Shown here piece by piece: positions 38,012 to 47,627 of a DNA stretch of 64,000 bases. The stretch is from an uncultured Lentimicrobiaceae bacterium (GTDB lineage: Bacteria; Bacteroidota; Bacteroidia; Bacteroidales; SKPS01). Within the stretch, counting starts at the first letter, position 1. Every line of letters begins with the position of its first letter. The notes beneath the pieces are model-generated. The model saw nothing but the letters and a program-made list of their open reading frames with translations, searched no databases and was not told the DNA's origin. The position numbers and the translations under genes were made by a program. The stretch is from assembly GCA_964469215.1 (NCBI GenBank), contig CAYXYB010000008.1, positions 14,092 to 78,091 of the forward strand. The letters run 5' to 3'.

Positions 38012-40927
38012 ATGAAAAACAGAACCTTATTATTAAGCCTATCGGTATTGCCATTGGCAGTTTTGTTGGCATTTTTCCTGTTTCCGGCAGAAAAGCAGCG
38101 GGAATACACACCACGGAGTATGACCTTAAGCCAGTCGATTGGTGGATCTGTTGAATTCTGGCGTATGATCAGACACAATCAGATCACCGGAGAGGTTGAT
38201 CCTGCTGATATAGAGCAGGCTCTTATGCAGTTGAAGTCTCTGGATAAGGCTAAAGGATCTTCATGGGATTGGGAAGAGATGGGGCCGGATAATCTTGGAG
38301 GACGAACCAGGGCAATCATTTTCGACAGGAATAATCCTGCTATCATGTATGCTGGTGCTGTAAGCGGTGGCCTCTGGAAAACCACAACAAATGGAAGCAG
38401 TTGGGTACAGGTACCCGGATTTTCTCAAAGTATGGTAGTTTCATGTATCACCCAGGCGCCTAATGGTGATTTATATGTAGGTACCGGTGAGGCTTTGTTG
38501 AGGCCTTATTGGGGTATGTATGGAACTGGCAGTTCAGGATTTGAAGGAGGAGGGATTTATAAAGCTGATGCAGGAACCGATTCTTTCAGATTGCTTTCAG
38601 CTACTTCTACGTGGAAGTTCATTAATGAGATAGAGGCTCATCCTACCAATGGAAATATTTATGCAGCCACCAACAATGGCCTTAGAATATCAGGTGATGG
38701 TGGAACTACCTGGTCCTTGCCCACACTTACCCCAAGCACCTCGAACATAAACTCACACGATGTTGATATTGCATCTGACGGAACCATCCTTGCCGTAATT
38801 AACAAAAACTGCTATATCTCATCCAGTCCTACTGAATTCACAAGGATATCAGGCACAACATCAACTCTGCCACAGGCAGGCGTACGTATGGAGATGGCAA
38901 TTGCGCCCTCTGACCCTAACTATTTGTACGCTAGTCTTGTAGGTAACAATGAAAGCACCCAGGGTGTTTACCGCTCTACTGATAAAGGAACAACCTGGAC
39001 ACAGATTGCCCCGGCTGCCTCAACTTCATTCAATATTCATGGAGGTCAGGGTATGTATAACAATACGATTGCAGTTTACCCCAATAACAAAAACAGAATA
39101 CTTGTTGGTGGTATTGATATCTGGTCATGGGAGCAGGGTGGAACATGGACACAAATAACATCCAGTGATTTTCTGACAACTTATCCCTTTTATGTCCATG
39201 CAGACATCCATGAGTTCGTTTTTCATCCTAACAACCCGGATATAATTTTTGTTGGTTGTGATGGAGGTATCCATCGCTCACTTGATGGTGGTTATACATG
39301 GACATCTATGAACAAGAATTACAGCACAATACAGTTTTTTGCAATAACCTCAAGCGGATCGGGCCAGGTACTGGGAGGCACTCAGGATAACAGCAATCAG
39401 TTTATCGACTTCAAGGGGAATACTCCAAGAGCTGCCAGAACCGTATTTTCAGGTGACGGTGGATATGCTGCCATCAGTCAGTTCACCGCGCAGGTCAATA
39501 AGAAGAGCATTCATGAAGCTATATTCGTTACCGCCCAATATGGAGCTGTGGGAAGAAGTGCATTAGCCGGTGCCTCAGGAACCTGGCAGGGTGCCGGAAC
39601 CTCTGCAGATCCTGCTTTCTTCAGCGCACGTATGCTCACCGAAGGAGCTCCAGGGAATGCAAGCAATCCCTGGTCGAGTTTTGTAACTCCGTTAGCATTG
39701 TGGGAAACTATACATGCTTATGATTCACAGGACAGCATTGAGTTTGTTGCAGACACTAACTACCTCGCAGGTGAAATTATCACTCTCAGGGCTCCTCAAC
39801 ATGGCTATCCTTTCCGCCATACTCTGCTTGCAGGTTTAAACAAAGGTGACACCATGAAGATTCAGAACCCTATTCAGAGCATGTTTATTCTTGCTGGCAG
39901 AAGATCATTATGGATAACAAGGGAACCACACAATTTTAGCGGAACCCCGCAATGGTATAAACTTGGCGAAATACCATCCTCAAATATAAATACTTTTACC
40001 ATCTCCAATGATGGTGATCATATTTTTGTAGGTTCAGCAGGGGGAACTGTTTACAGATTTTCGAATATACGGCAGGCATACGACTCATTAAGTACCGATA
40101 TGGGAACAACTGCTAATCCTAATGCATCACAAGTTGTAACAATGGCATCAATTGCCAGCCACCCCGGCAGAACAGTGACATCCATAGCCGTTGATCCTGC
40201 CAATAACAATCATGTGGTTTATACCCTAGGAAATTATGGCAATGCAAACTATGTATACAGGTCAGCGAATGCTACAACAGCCTCACCTACATTTGAATCG
40301 AAACAGGGTGGACTTCCCACTTTCCCGGTTTATTCAGCTCTGATCCCGATGAATGCACCGAACACTCTCATGGTCGGAACCGAATTTGGGGCTTTTGTTA
40401 CTACGAATCTGAACCTGTCAAATCCAACCTGGACAGAGATAAACACTGAAATGGGACGTGTTCCGATACTTATGCTTCACCAGCAGACACATTATTTCCC
40501 TTATGACACTGTTTCTTTGAAAGATGGACACCAGATAATTCTGATTGAATATCCTGAAACAAAAAATTATGGGGGAATATATGCCGGAACTCATGGCAGG
40601 GGTGCATTCAGAAACCTCTCATATGTAACTACCGGTATTGAAAAACCTGTGGTCAATAAGCCCGGAACTTTCCGTTCACAACTGCTTGTGTATCCGAATC
40701 CTGTAGAATCTAACGCTACAGCCGTTGTTAATCTTGGCTCATCTCAGCGCGCACAGGTAACAGTATATGATATCACCGGAAAAGTTGTGGCTACAATTAA
40801 CCCCGGGTTGCTGAAGTCAGGCAGGAATGAGATCAGCCTCGAACTTGGCCACCTTAAACGGGGTAATTACATAGTACAGGTAGTTGCCGGCGGTGAAAGC
40901 AAATCAACCAAGATCATAAAAAGATAA
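38012..40927 (+). CDS. BNR/Asp-box (sortilin-VPS10-like beta-propeller) T9SS cargo protein
   Basis: Repeated S-x-D-x-G-x-T-W boxes (SGDGGTTW, STDKGTTW, SLDGGYTW), signal peptide, and CTD LLVYPNPVESNATAVVNL...YIVQVVAGGE. Confidence 0.85.
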   Translation: MKNRTLLLSLSVLPLAVLLAFFLFPAEKQREYTPRSMTLSQSIGGSVEFWRMIRHNQITGEVDPADIEQALMQLKSLDKAKGSSWDWEEMGPDNLGGRTRAIIFDRNNPAIMYAGAVSGGLWKTTTNGSSWVQVPGFSQSMVVSCITQAPNGDLYVGTGEALLRPYWGMYGTGSSGFEGGGIYKADAGTDSFRLLSATSTWKFINEIEAHPTNGNIYAATNNGLRISGDGGTTWSLPTLTPSTSNINSHDVDIASDGTILAVINKNCYISSSPTEFTRISGTTSTLPQAGVRMEMAIAPSDPNYLYASLVGNNESTQGVYRSTDKGTTWTQIAPAASTSFNIHGGQGMYNNTIAVYPNNKNRILVGGIDIWSWEQGGTWTQITSSDFLTTYPFYVHADIHEFVFHPNNPDIIFVGCDGGIHRSLDGGYTWTSMNKNYSTIQFFAITSSGSGQVLGGTQDNSNQFIDFKGNTPRAARTVFSGDGGYAAISQFTAQVNKKSIHEAIFVTAQYGAVGRSALAGASGTWQGAGTSADPAFFSARMLTEGAPGNASNPWSSFVTPLALWETIHAYDSQDSIEFVADTNYLAGEIITLRAPQHGYPFRHTLLAGLNKGDTMKIQNPIQSMFILAGRRSLWITREPHNFSGTPQWYKLGEIPSSNINTFTISNDGDHIFVGSAGGTVYRFSNIRQAYDSLSTDMGTTANPNASQVVTMASIASHPGRTVTSIAVDPANNNHVVYTLGNYGNANYVYRSANATTASPTFESKQGGLPTFPVYSALIPMNAPNTLMVGTEFGAFVTTNLNLSNPTWTEINTEMGRVPILMLHQQTHYFPYDTVSLKDGHQIILIEYPETKNYGGIYAGTHGRGAFRNLSYVTTGIEKPVVNKPGTFRSQLLVYPNPVESNATAVVNLGSSQRAQVTVYDITGKVVATINPGLLKSGRNEISLELGHLKRGNYIVQVVAGGESKSTKIIKR

Positions 40928-40952
40928 ATTTCATTCAGGTAATTAACTCCGG

Positions 40953-41005
40953 AAACGGCTGCTTAATGTCAGACTTTTGATAACAGGCAGCCGTTTATTT
41001 TTTTT
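40953..41005 (+). terminator. Terminator hairpin plus long T-run
   Basis: AAACGGCTGC (40953-40962) / GCAGCCGTTT (40987-40996), followed by TATTTTTTTT. The loop is long (24 nt). Confidence 0.6.
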
Positions 41006-41085
41006 ATTAAATTCTTCCGGACAATGGATGATATTATTTATCAATTGGTAAATGGATATAAGTGTGGTTATATAATTCATCCGGT

Positions 41086-41733
41086 TTATTTTATCCTTAT
41101 CAGCGACAATCCGTCACGAACCGGTATTATTACCTGTTCAGTTCCCGGATCATCAGCAACAATTTTGTTGAATGTCTGTATTCCAAGAGTGTCTTTATCC
41201 GACTTGTCGGGTTCAGATATAACCTTACCATCCCATAGCACATTGTCTGCAATAATTAATGCTCCGGACAACAGATGTTGCCTGAGTAAACGGTAATAAT
41301 CAGGGTATTCGGCTTTATCAGCATCAATAAACACCAGGTCAAAATTGATCTCTGATGCAAGAACAGGTATTACTTCCAATGCTTTTCCGACATGAAGTCT
41401 GATGCGGTTTTCCATTCCGGCTCTTTTGATCCACTTTTGAATACGGGATTCAAATTCGGCATTCATCTCAATGGTGTGAACAACTCCACCGGGTTTTAAT
41501 CCCTCTGCAAGGCACATTGCGCTATAACCAGTAAATGTACCTATCTCCAGAATGTGTAAAGGTGCGGCAACCTTGCTGAGCATCGCAAGCAAACGGCCTT
41601 GATGATGTCCCGATAACATCTGAGGGTACAGCATCTCAATATTGGTATTTCTGTTCAGCTCCCGTAGCAGAACAGGTTCTGCATCGGAATATTCTGCAGC
41701 ATAAGTGTAGATGGATTGATCATGCTTTATCAT
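41086..41733 (-). CDS. Class I SAM-dependent O-methyltransferase (caffeoyl-CoA OMT-like)
   Basis: ILEIGTFTGYSA SAM motif and FIDADKAEY; 215 aa. Confidence 0.8.
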   Translation of the reverse strand: MIKHDQSIYTYAAEYSDAEPVLLRELNRNTNIEMLYPQMLSGHHQGRLLAMLSKVAAPLHILEIGTFTGYSAMCLAEGLKPGGVVHTIEMNAEFESRIQKWIKRAGMENRIRLHVGKALEVIPVLASEINFDLVFIDADKAEYPDYYRLLRQHLLSGALIIADNVLWDGKVISEPDKSDKDTLGIQTFNKIVADDPGTEQVIIPVRDGLSLIRIK

Positions 41734-42961
41734 TATTGCCTGCCTTGTATATTAATGTTGAAAAATTCTCCGGCCTTAAGATATCTCTTGCTGTATCCAG
41801 AAGGTCTGATGCTGTTATACTTTCAATTTTTGCAATGATTTCATCGGGAGATTCAACTTTGTTCTGATATAATAAACGTTTTCCTATCGATAACATCTCG
41901 CCCGGTTTAGACTCAAATGCCAGAGCAAGCTGGCCTGAAAGCTGCTTTTTTGCGCGATGGAGCTGTAAAATCCCCAATGGCTTAATGGTCAAATAATTCA
42001 ACTCTTTGAAAACGCATTCTATCGCAGCATCAGCATGTTCTGAGGCAGTACCCAGATAAATACTGAAATAACCTGAATCAGAAAAGGGTTGATAATTTGA
42101 TTCGACATGATAAGTAAGTCCTTTTCGTTCCCTCAGGGAAAGATTTAACCTGCTGTTTGAACCGGGCCCGCCAATAATGTTGTTCAACAGGTGAAGTGAT
42201 GTTGCTCCGGGATGGCCAATAGGATAAGCTATGGTGCCTGTGATCGCATTAGTCTGAAAATTTACCGTGTCTGATACTTTATGATTGGCTTTATATTCTG
42301 CGAATGGTAATCTGTTTCTGGCAGGAGCTTTTTCGGGAATTGACGAAAAGTAACGAAATAAAACAGATTTGAGTCTATCGGGACTTACACTGCCCGTATA
42401 TGCGATAACCATCTCACAGGCACTGTAATTTCGCCGGATAAAACTTATAATCTGTTTCCTGGTTATCCCTTTCACTGATTCCGGAGTGCCGAGAATATTT
42501 CTGCCAAGAGGGTGGCCGGTATATATCATCTCTTCAAAATCGTCAAAGATCGATTCAGAAGGAGAATCCTTGTAAGTATTTATCTCATCGAAAATGATCC
42601 CCTTTTCTTTTTCTATCTCTTTGGCAGGGAATACCGAGTTCATTATTATGTCTGCAAAGAGTTCGGCTGCACGCGATTCATACCCTTTGAGGAATGATGC
42701 ATAAAGGCAGGTATACTCTTTTGTTGTAAAGGCATTCATATCTCCGCCCACATTATCGAGGCGATTGAGGATATGATATGCTTTTCGATGCGTTGTGCCT
42801 TTGAAGGCCATATGCTCAATGAAATGAGCTATTCCCTGTTCATGGATTTTTTCATCCCGTGAACCTGTGTTCAGATAAATGCCAAGATGTGATACCCTGG
42901 AGAATGACGGGCTGTGTATAACCCTGATGCCGTTTGGCAGGTCACGGTATTGATAGCTCAT
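41720..42961 (-). CDS. M16-family zinc peptidase (single-length)
   Basis: HFIEHMAFKGT (HxxEH); 413 aa. Overlaps the downstream OMT gene by 14 nt. Confidence 0.85.
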   Translation of the reverse strand: MSYQYRDLPNGIRVIHSPSFSRVSHLGIYLNTGSRDEKIHEQGIAHFIEHMAFKGTTHRKAYHILNRLDNVGGDMNAFTTKEYTCLYASFLKGYESRAAELFADIIMNSVFPAKEIEKEKGIIFDEINTYKDSPSESIFDDFEEMIYTGHPLGRNILGTPESVKGITRKQIISFIRRNYSACEMVIAYTGSVSPDRLKSVLFRYFSSIPEKAPARNRLPFAEYKANHKVSDTVNFQTNAITGTIAYPIGHPGATSLHLLNNIIGGPGSNSRLNLSLRERKGLTYHVESNYQPFSDSGYFSIYLGTASEHADAAIECVFKELNYLTIKPLGILQLHRAKKQLSGQLALAFESKPGEMLSIGKRLLYQNKVESPDEIIAKIESITASDLLDTARDILRPENFSTLIYKAGNNDKA

Positions 42962-42967
42962 AGGGCA

Positions 42968-45520
42968 TCAATGTCGGATTATGATTTTTCCCGAGGTTAT
43001 GCTTCCGTCTTGTAATTGGATCATTATCAAATATATTCCCTGAGGAATCTTTTCGTCGTTTTCAATATTCAGAATATTTCCGGGAATTTTATTCTCCGGA
43101 TTATCCCATCTTCTTATAATATTGCCAGCCGGTGAAATAATGCTTATTGCACTTATTTTCTTATCCTTATTGTTCAGAGATATGGTAAAATTTCCGTCGG
43201 AGGGGTTCGGAAAAACATTGAATTCCGATTTTGTGCCGGGATGGATCTCGTTTACCTGATTCAGCCAGGTATAGGTATCGCTCCACCATATTCCCCTCCC
43301 GTAGGTAGCTGCAACCAGTCTGTGACTGTCGTAATGTATTTCAAGTTCTGCAATTTTAACATTTGGAAGTCCCTGAAAGAAGTTTACCCAATCGGTAAGA
43401 GTACTGTCACGGTAGAATACGCCGACGTCCATTCCCACATAGAGCCCGCCATTTGAGCCTTTCTCGTGAATAATGCAATTTGCCGGCAAATTAGGTAACG
43501 ACCCCGAAATATTTGTCCATGAGCTGCCACCATTGGTTGTCATGAACACCTTTTTACCGCTGTAAAAGCCCGATAGTGTCACATAAACCACTAGAGGGTT
43601 ACTGTGATTTACGGCAATATAGGTGATTGGATATGAAGGCAGGTTGTTATTGATCTGCACCCACGACTGTCCGCTGTTGTTAGTACGGTAGATTCTGTTA
43701 TAGGTAGCAGCGTAAATATAGTTTGGATTTGAATGCGAATAGGCCAGAGATCTGAATTTGTCATAGTATCCCGTCGAAGTAAAGCTTGTCAAAGGCACCC
43801 AGGAGCTTCCGTAATTTGTAGACCGCCAGAGATTATCATATCCTGCAATCAAAGTGCTGTGATTTGTAGGATGCATAATATAGGGTGTTATCCATGAGCC
43901 CTCTTCTCCAATATCATCAGATATATTGTTCCAGTGGTTGCCACCGTTATATGACCTTGAGATTCTGCCATACTGCATCTCGCCGTACATATAACTCGAA
44001 TTTGTATGGCTTACGATACACTCCATGCCGTCGCCACCCAACATATGTTTCCATGTGTTGTTTATAAGGAGATGTGTTCCGTTATCCTGCCAACCTCCAA
44101 TAACCATTGAATAATCCTGTTTTGACAGACCTATACGGTAAACCTGGCCTATAGCAAGGCCGCTACTGATAGCCTGAAAGCTGGATCCGCTGTTGGAGGT
44201 GACGTCAATACCACCGTCGGAGCAAACATAAAGTGCTCCGGTAATAGGGTGATAATCCATGTAATGTATGTCGGCATGTACATAAGGCAGGCCTTCATCA
44301 CCATACCAGTGTGCTCTTATTTGCCAGGAAGAACCACCGTTAATGCTTCTCCAGATATTAACACTGGCAACAAAGATTTCATTCTTGTTAACAGGCGACA
44401 CTGCGACTCCCAGACAGTACCAGGCAATCCCACTGCTGCTTGAGCCATCGGTGGCATATCCAAGAATATTTGGTGATCCCGACATCCTGGTAAAGTTGCT
44501 GCCTCCGTCTGTTGACCTGTAAAGTCCTTCAAAACCCGAATCGCTGCTTTTTACAGTTATGACATAAACATAATCAGGGTCAGCATTAGTAACCGCCAGC
44601 TTTGCGCGACCAATCTGATCGACTGATGGTATGTTCAGCGACAAAAATGATCCGCCGTTATCAACAGACCTTATGAATTTATTATTTAAAATGGCATATA
44701 TAACAGCAGGATTACCGGGTTTGAAAGCAATATCACTGGTTGACCCTGGCCGGATCTGGTTCCAGTTCGACCCGCCATTGGTGCTTTTATAGATACCTAA
44801 AGTTGTTGCTGCATAAAGAGTGTTGGGGTCTGAAGGGTGGATTATAAGCCTTGATATCCTGCGCTGATCCGTAACAGGCCAGCTAAGTCCTGTGGTGTTC
44901 CATGTGTTGCCACCATCGAAGGACTTAAGGACACCCACAGAATATGTGTCACTGGCGTTAAAATCTCCGGTTGCAGCGTAAATAATGTCGGGATTCTGAT
45001 AATCAACCACAATGGAGGATATTCCCAGACTGGCAATATTATCTGCCATAGGATGCCAGTAAGCACCTGAAGTTGTTGTTTTCCATACACCTCCGGAAGC
45101 TGCTCCGGCCCACATGATTGATGACTGTGTTGGGTGAAAAGCAATGCAGTTGATCCTGCCCATACCCGGGCTGTTTACAGGTGTAACAAACGGTCCCAAC
45201 GGAAGCCAGTTGGCCGATGGAGAAAATTTGCCCCCTGATGCCTCCTCTTTCATGAGCCGGTTGTACTCCACCCAGGTGCCATCAGGACGGGGATGGCGCC
45301 CCAGTTCATCTACCCTGGAGTCAAGAAAGTATGAGATCCTGTCGAACTGCTTCCGTCCCGGAATACGTTCGCTCTTATCCATTGTGTCGATATATTGTTC
45401 AAACGCCTTCCTCGCCTCATGAAAATTGAAAGCTGAATCGGTAAGCATATCAACCCATGTTTGAGCCTGAAGCGATATCAGGCTTCCTGACAATGCTAAA
45501 ACTATAAAAACTAACCTCAT
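42968..45520 (-). CDS. BNR/Asp-box (sortilin-like) T9SS cargo protein, paralog of 38012..40927
   Basis: SFDGGNTW, STNGGSNW, STDGGSNF, SINGGSSW boxes. ATG 45520 gives signal peptide MRLVFIVLALSGSLISLQAQ. CTD is FNVFPNPSDGNFTISL...IYLIMIQLQDG. Confidence 0.85.
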   Translation of the reverse strand: MRLVFIVLALSGSLISLQAQTWVDMLTDSAFNFHEARKAFEQYIDTMDKSERIPGRKQFDRISYFLDSRVDELGRHPRPDGTWVEYNRLMKEEASGGKFSPSANWLPLGPFVTPVNSPGMGRINCIAFHPTQSSIMWAGAASGGVWKTTTSGAYWHPMADNIASLGISSIVVDYQNPDIIYAATGDFNASDTYSVGVLKSFDGGNTWNTTGLSWPVTDQRRISRLIIHPSDPNTLYAATTLGIYKSTNGGSNWNQIRPGSTSDIAFKPGNPAVIYAILNNKFIRSVDNGGSFLSLNIPSVDQIGRAKLAVTNADPDYVYVITVKSSDSGFEGLYRSTDGGSNFTRMSGSPNILGYATDGSSSSGIAWYCLGVAVSPVNKNEIFVASVNIWRSINGGSSWQIRAHWYGDEGLPYVHADIHYMDYHPITGALYVCSDGGIDVTSNSGSSFQAISSGLAIGQVYRIGLSKQDYSMVIGGWQDNGTHLLINNTWKHMLGGDGMECIVSHTNSSYMYGEMQYGRISRSYNGGNHWNNISDDIGEEGSWITPYIMHPTNHSTLIAGYDNLWRSTNYGSSWVPLTSFTSTGYYDKFRSLAYSHSNPNYIYAATYNRIYRTNNSGQSWVQINNNLPSYPITYIAVNHSNPLVVYVTLSGFYSGKKVFMTTNGGSSWTNISGSLPNLPANCIIHEKGSNGGLYVGMDVGVFYRDSTLTDWVNFFQGLPNVKIAELEIHYDSHRLVAATYGRGIWWSDTYTWLNQVNEIHPGTKSEFNVFPNPSDGNFTISLNNKDKKISAISIISPAGNIIRRWDNPENKIPGNILNIENDEKIPQGIYLIMIQLQDGSITSGKIIIRH

Positions 45521-45643
45521 CAAATATAAATTTTGATGGCAAAAATAGTGATTTTTCACAAGACGGGCAACCAATAACATATCCGGTAACATCTTCCGTG
45601 GTCTATCTGCGGAAAAAGTTCGTATCTTTATCCGGAATTTCTA

Positions 45644-45664
45644 AACCATTAACCATTAACCATT
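45644..45664. repeat. Three perfect tandem heptamers AACCATT
   Basis: AACCATTAACCATTAACCATT followed by the degenerate AACAACCATACCAACC, running directly into GTG start 45681. Confidence 0.9.
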
Positions 45665-45680
45665 AACAACCATACCAACC

Positions 45681-47585
45681 GTGAAAAATATCAAATTCAC
45701 CGTTATTATTTTTCTGATTTTTCTTCTCGTTGCCAATGTTAAGGCACAGCAGAGCTCATACAACATTCTTAATTTCAAAGCAATCCCATTTGGCAGCCTT
45801 AAGGTAAGCGATCTTGGTAAAGACTGGTATTTCAGTTTAAAAAACCTGGAAGGTATAACAGAGGGTAATCGCACCTACCGACAACACCTGTTGAAACTTA
45901 AAGAGGAGAGTGCATCAAGATTTCCTGCAAAGGCTTATTCAAACAAGGGTTATTCAGGCAGTGCTATTGGCACGGCCCAGGTTCCTGACCCCGTTATACA
46001 GAAGAACTTCATGGGAAATCTCTACAGTTATAGTGTGCCAAACGATAATATTCTTGCTATCTCAAATGGCGATCAACTTATCTCAGCAATTAACACCAAC
46101 ATCTATTTTTATGACACAAAAAATGATACACTTTTAAAAACTGCGTCCCTGAATGCATTCGCAGCACCTCTTACAGGTATATCACCTCATCAGTACGATC
46201 CAAAATTACTTTATGACCCACAGGAAGATAAGTTTGTTCTTGTGTTTCTTGCCGGATCCAGCTCAGATACCATTACAGATATTGTTGTTGCCTTTTCGGA
46301 GACGAATGATATGATGGGAAACTGGAATCTGTATTCTCTCCCCGGTAACCCACTCAATGATACAAGCTGGACAGACTTCCCGGCTATTGCCCTGTCTGAT
46401 AAAGAGCTTTTTCTCACAGTAAATCTGCTGAATTATGGCACTTCGTGGCAGACATCTTTTAAGCAAACAGTTGTTTGGCAGATTGATAAATTTGCCGGTT
46501 ACAGTGGCCAGATCCTAAACACACGGCTATGGAACAATATTATTTACAACGGGCAAAACATCCGCAATATTCATCCAATACAGGGAGCCGATCAGCTTTA
46601 CGGGCCAAATATGTACCTCCTTTCCAACAGAAATTTCACTATCTATTCTGATTCCATATTTCTTCTTGAGATTACCGGTGACCTTTCAGACACCCTCGCT
46701 TCTCTTGAAATCACTCACCTTACTGCAGATGTAGGCTATGGTGCCCCTCCTGATGCCAAGCAACCCAAAACAGTCAATGTGCTTGCAACAAACGATGCAC
46801 GTGTGCTGGGAGGCTTCCTTCATAACAATAAGATACAGTTTGTGGGTAATTCCATCGACACAACAACAGGTAAAGCTGCAATTTACCATGGTGTCTTAAA
46901 CAATGTGAAAAGCAATCCAACTATTAACGGACGGATTATTGCAGAACCGGGGATGGAGTTTGGATATCCCAATATCTCATTCAGTGGCAAGACTGCATTA
47001 AGTCAACAGGCAATTATTGGTTTCAACCATACCGGTGATTCCGCTTTTCCGGGGGTGTCAGCAATTCTGTTTGATGGGAATAACGGTTACTCAAACCGCA
47101 TTGAGATCAAGACAGGAGAATACATTATCAATATTCTTTCAGGTTTGTATGAAAGATGGGGCGATTATACGGGAAACCAAAGAAAATACAACGAACCGGG
47201 GGTGGTCTGGATTTCCGGAATGTTTGGCGTAAAGACAGGAATACAGATGCATTTGGGGACTCAGATAGCAAAATTGGAATCTGTTTTAAATGAAACATCT
47301 GTTGTTAGTCAAAGGGTTAAACGGGATATACTCTTCTATCCAAACCCATTTGCAGATATGTTCTCGATGGAATTTACACTTGATAATCCAGGTGAAGTGA
47401 TAATTGAACTCAGGTCATTGACAGGGCAGACAGTCCAAAGATTTTTTCAAGGGGGTGTACAACAGGGAAAGAATGTGGTTGCATTCTCGACACTTAACCT
47501 TGACCATGGAGTCTATATGCTTTGTGGCTTCGATAATTCAGGCAGGCTGATTTTCAGCGAAAAGGTTATCAAAGCATCCCGTTAA
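45681..47585 (+). CDS. Secreted T9SS cargo protein of unknown function
   Basis: GTG start, signal peptide ...LLVANVKAQ, and CTD ILFYPNPFADMFSMEF...VYMLCGFDNSG. Confidence 0.8.
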   Translation: MKNIKFTVIIFLIFLLVANVKAQQSSYNILNFKAIPFGSLKVSDLGKDWYFSLKNLEGITEGNRTYRQHLLKLKEESASRFPAKAYSNKGYSGSAIGTAQVPDPVIQKNFMGNLYSYSVPNDNILAISNGDQLISAINTNIYFYDTKNDTLLKTASLNAFAAPLTGISPHQYDPKLLYDPQEDKFVLVFLAGSSSDTITDIVVAFSETNDMMGNWNLYSLPGNPLNDTSWTDFPAIALSDKELFLTVNLLNYGTSWQTSFKQTVVWQIDKFAGYSGQILNTRLWNNIIYNGQNIRNIHPIQGADQLYGPNMYLLSNRNFTIYSDSIFLLEITGDLSDTLASLEITHLTADVGYGAPPDAKQPKTVNVLATNDARVLGGFLHNNKIQFVGNSIDTTTGKAAIYHGVLNNVKSNPTINGRIIAEPGMEFGYPNISFSGKTALSQQAIIGFNHTGDSAFPGVSAILFDGNNGYSNRIEIKTGEYIINILSGLYERWGDYTGNQRKYNEPGVVWISGMFGVKTGIQMHLGTQIAKLESVLNETSVVSQRVKRDILFYPNPFADMFSMEFTLDNPGEVIIELRSLTGQTVQRFFQGGVQQGKNVVAFSTLNLDHGVYMLCGFDNSGRLIFSEKVIKASR

Positions 47586-47627
47586 GACCTGTATTATTTC
47601 GATATTATTTATCTTCAGAAGGACGGT

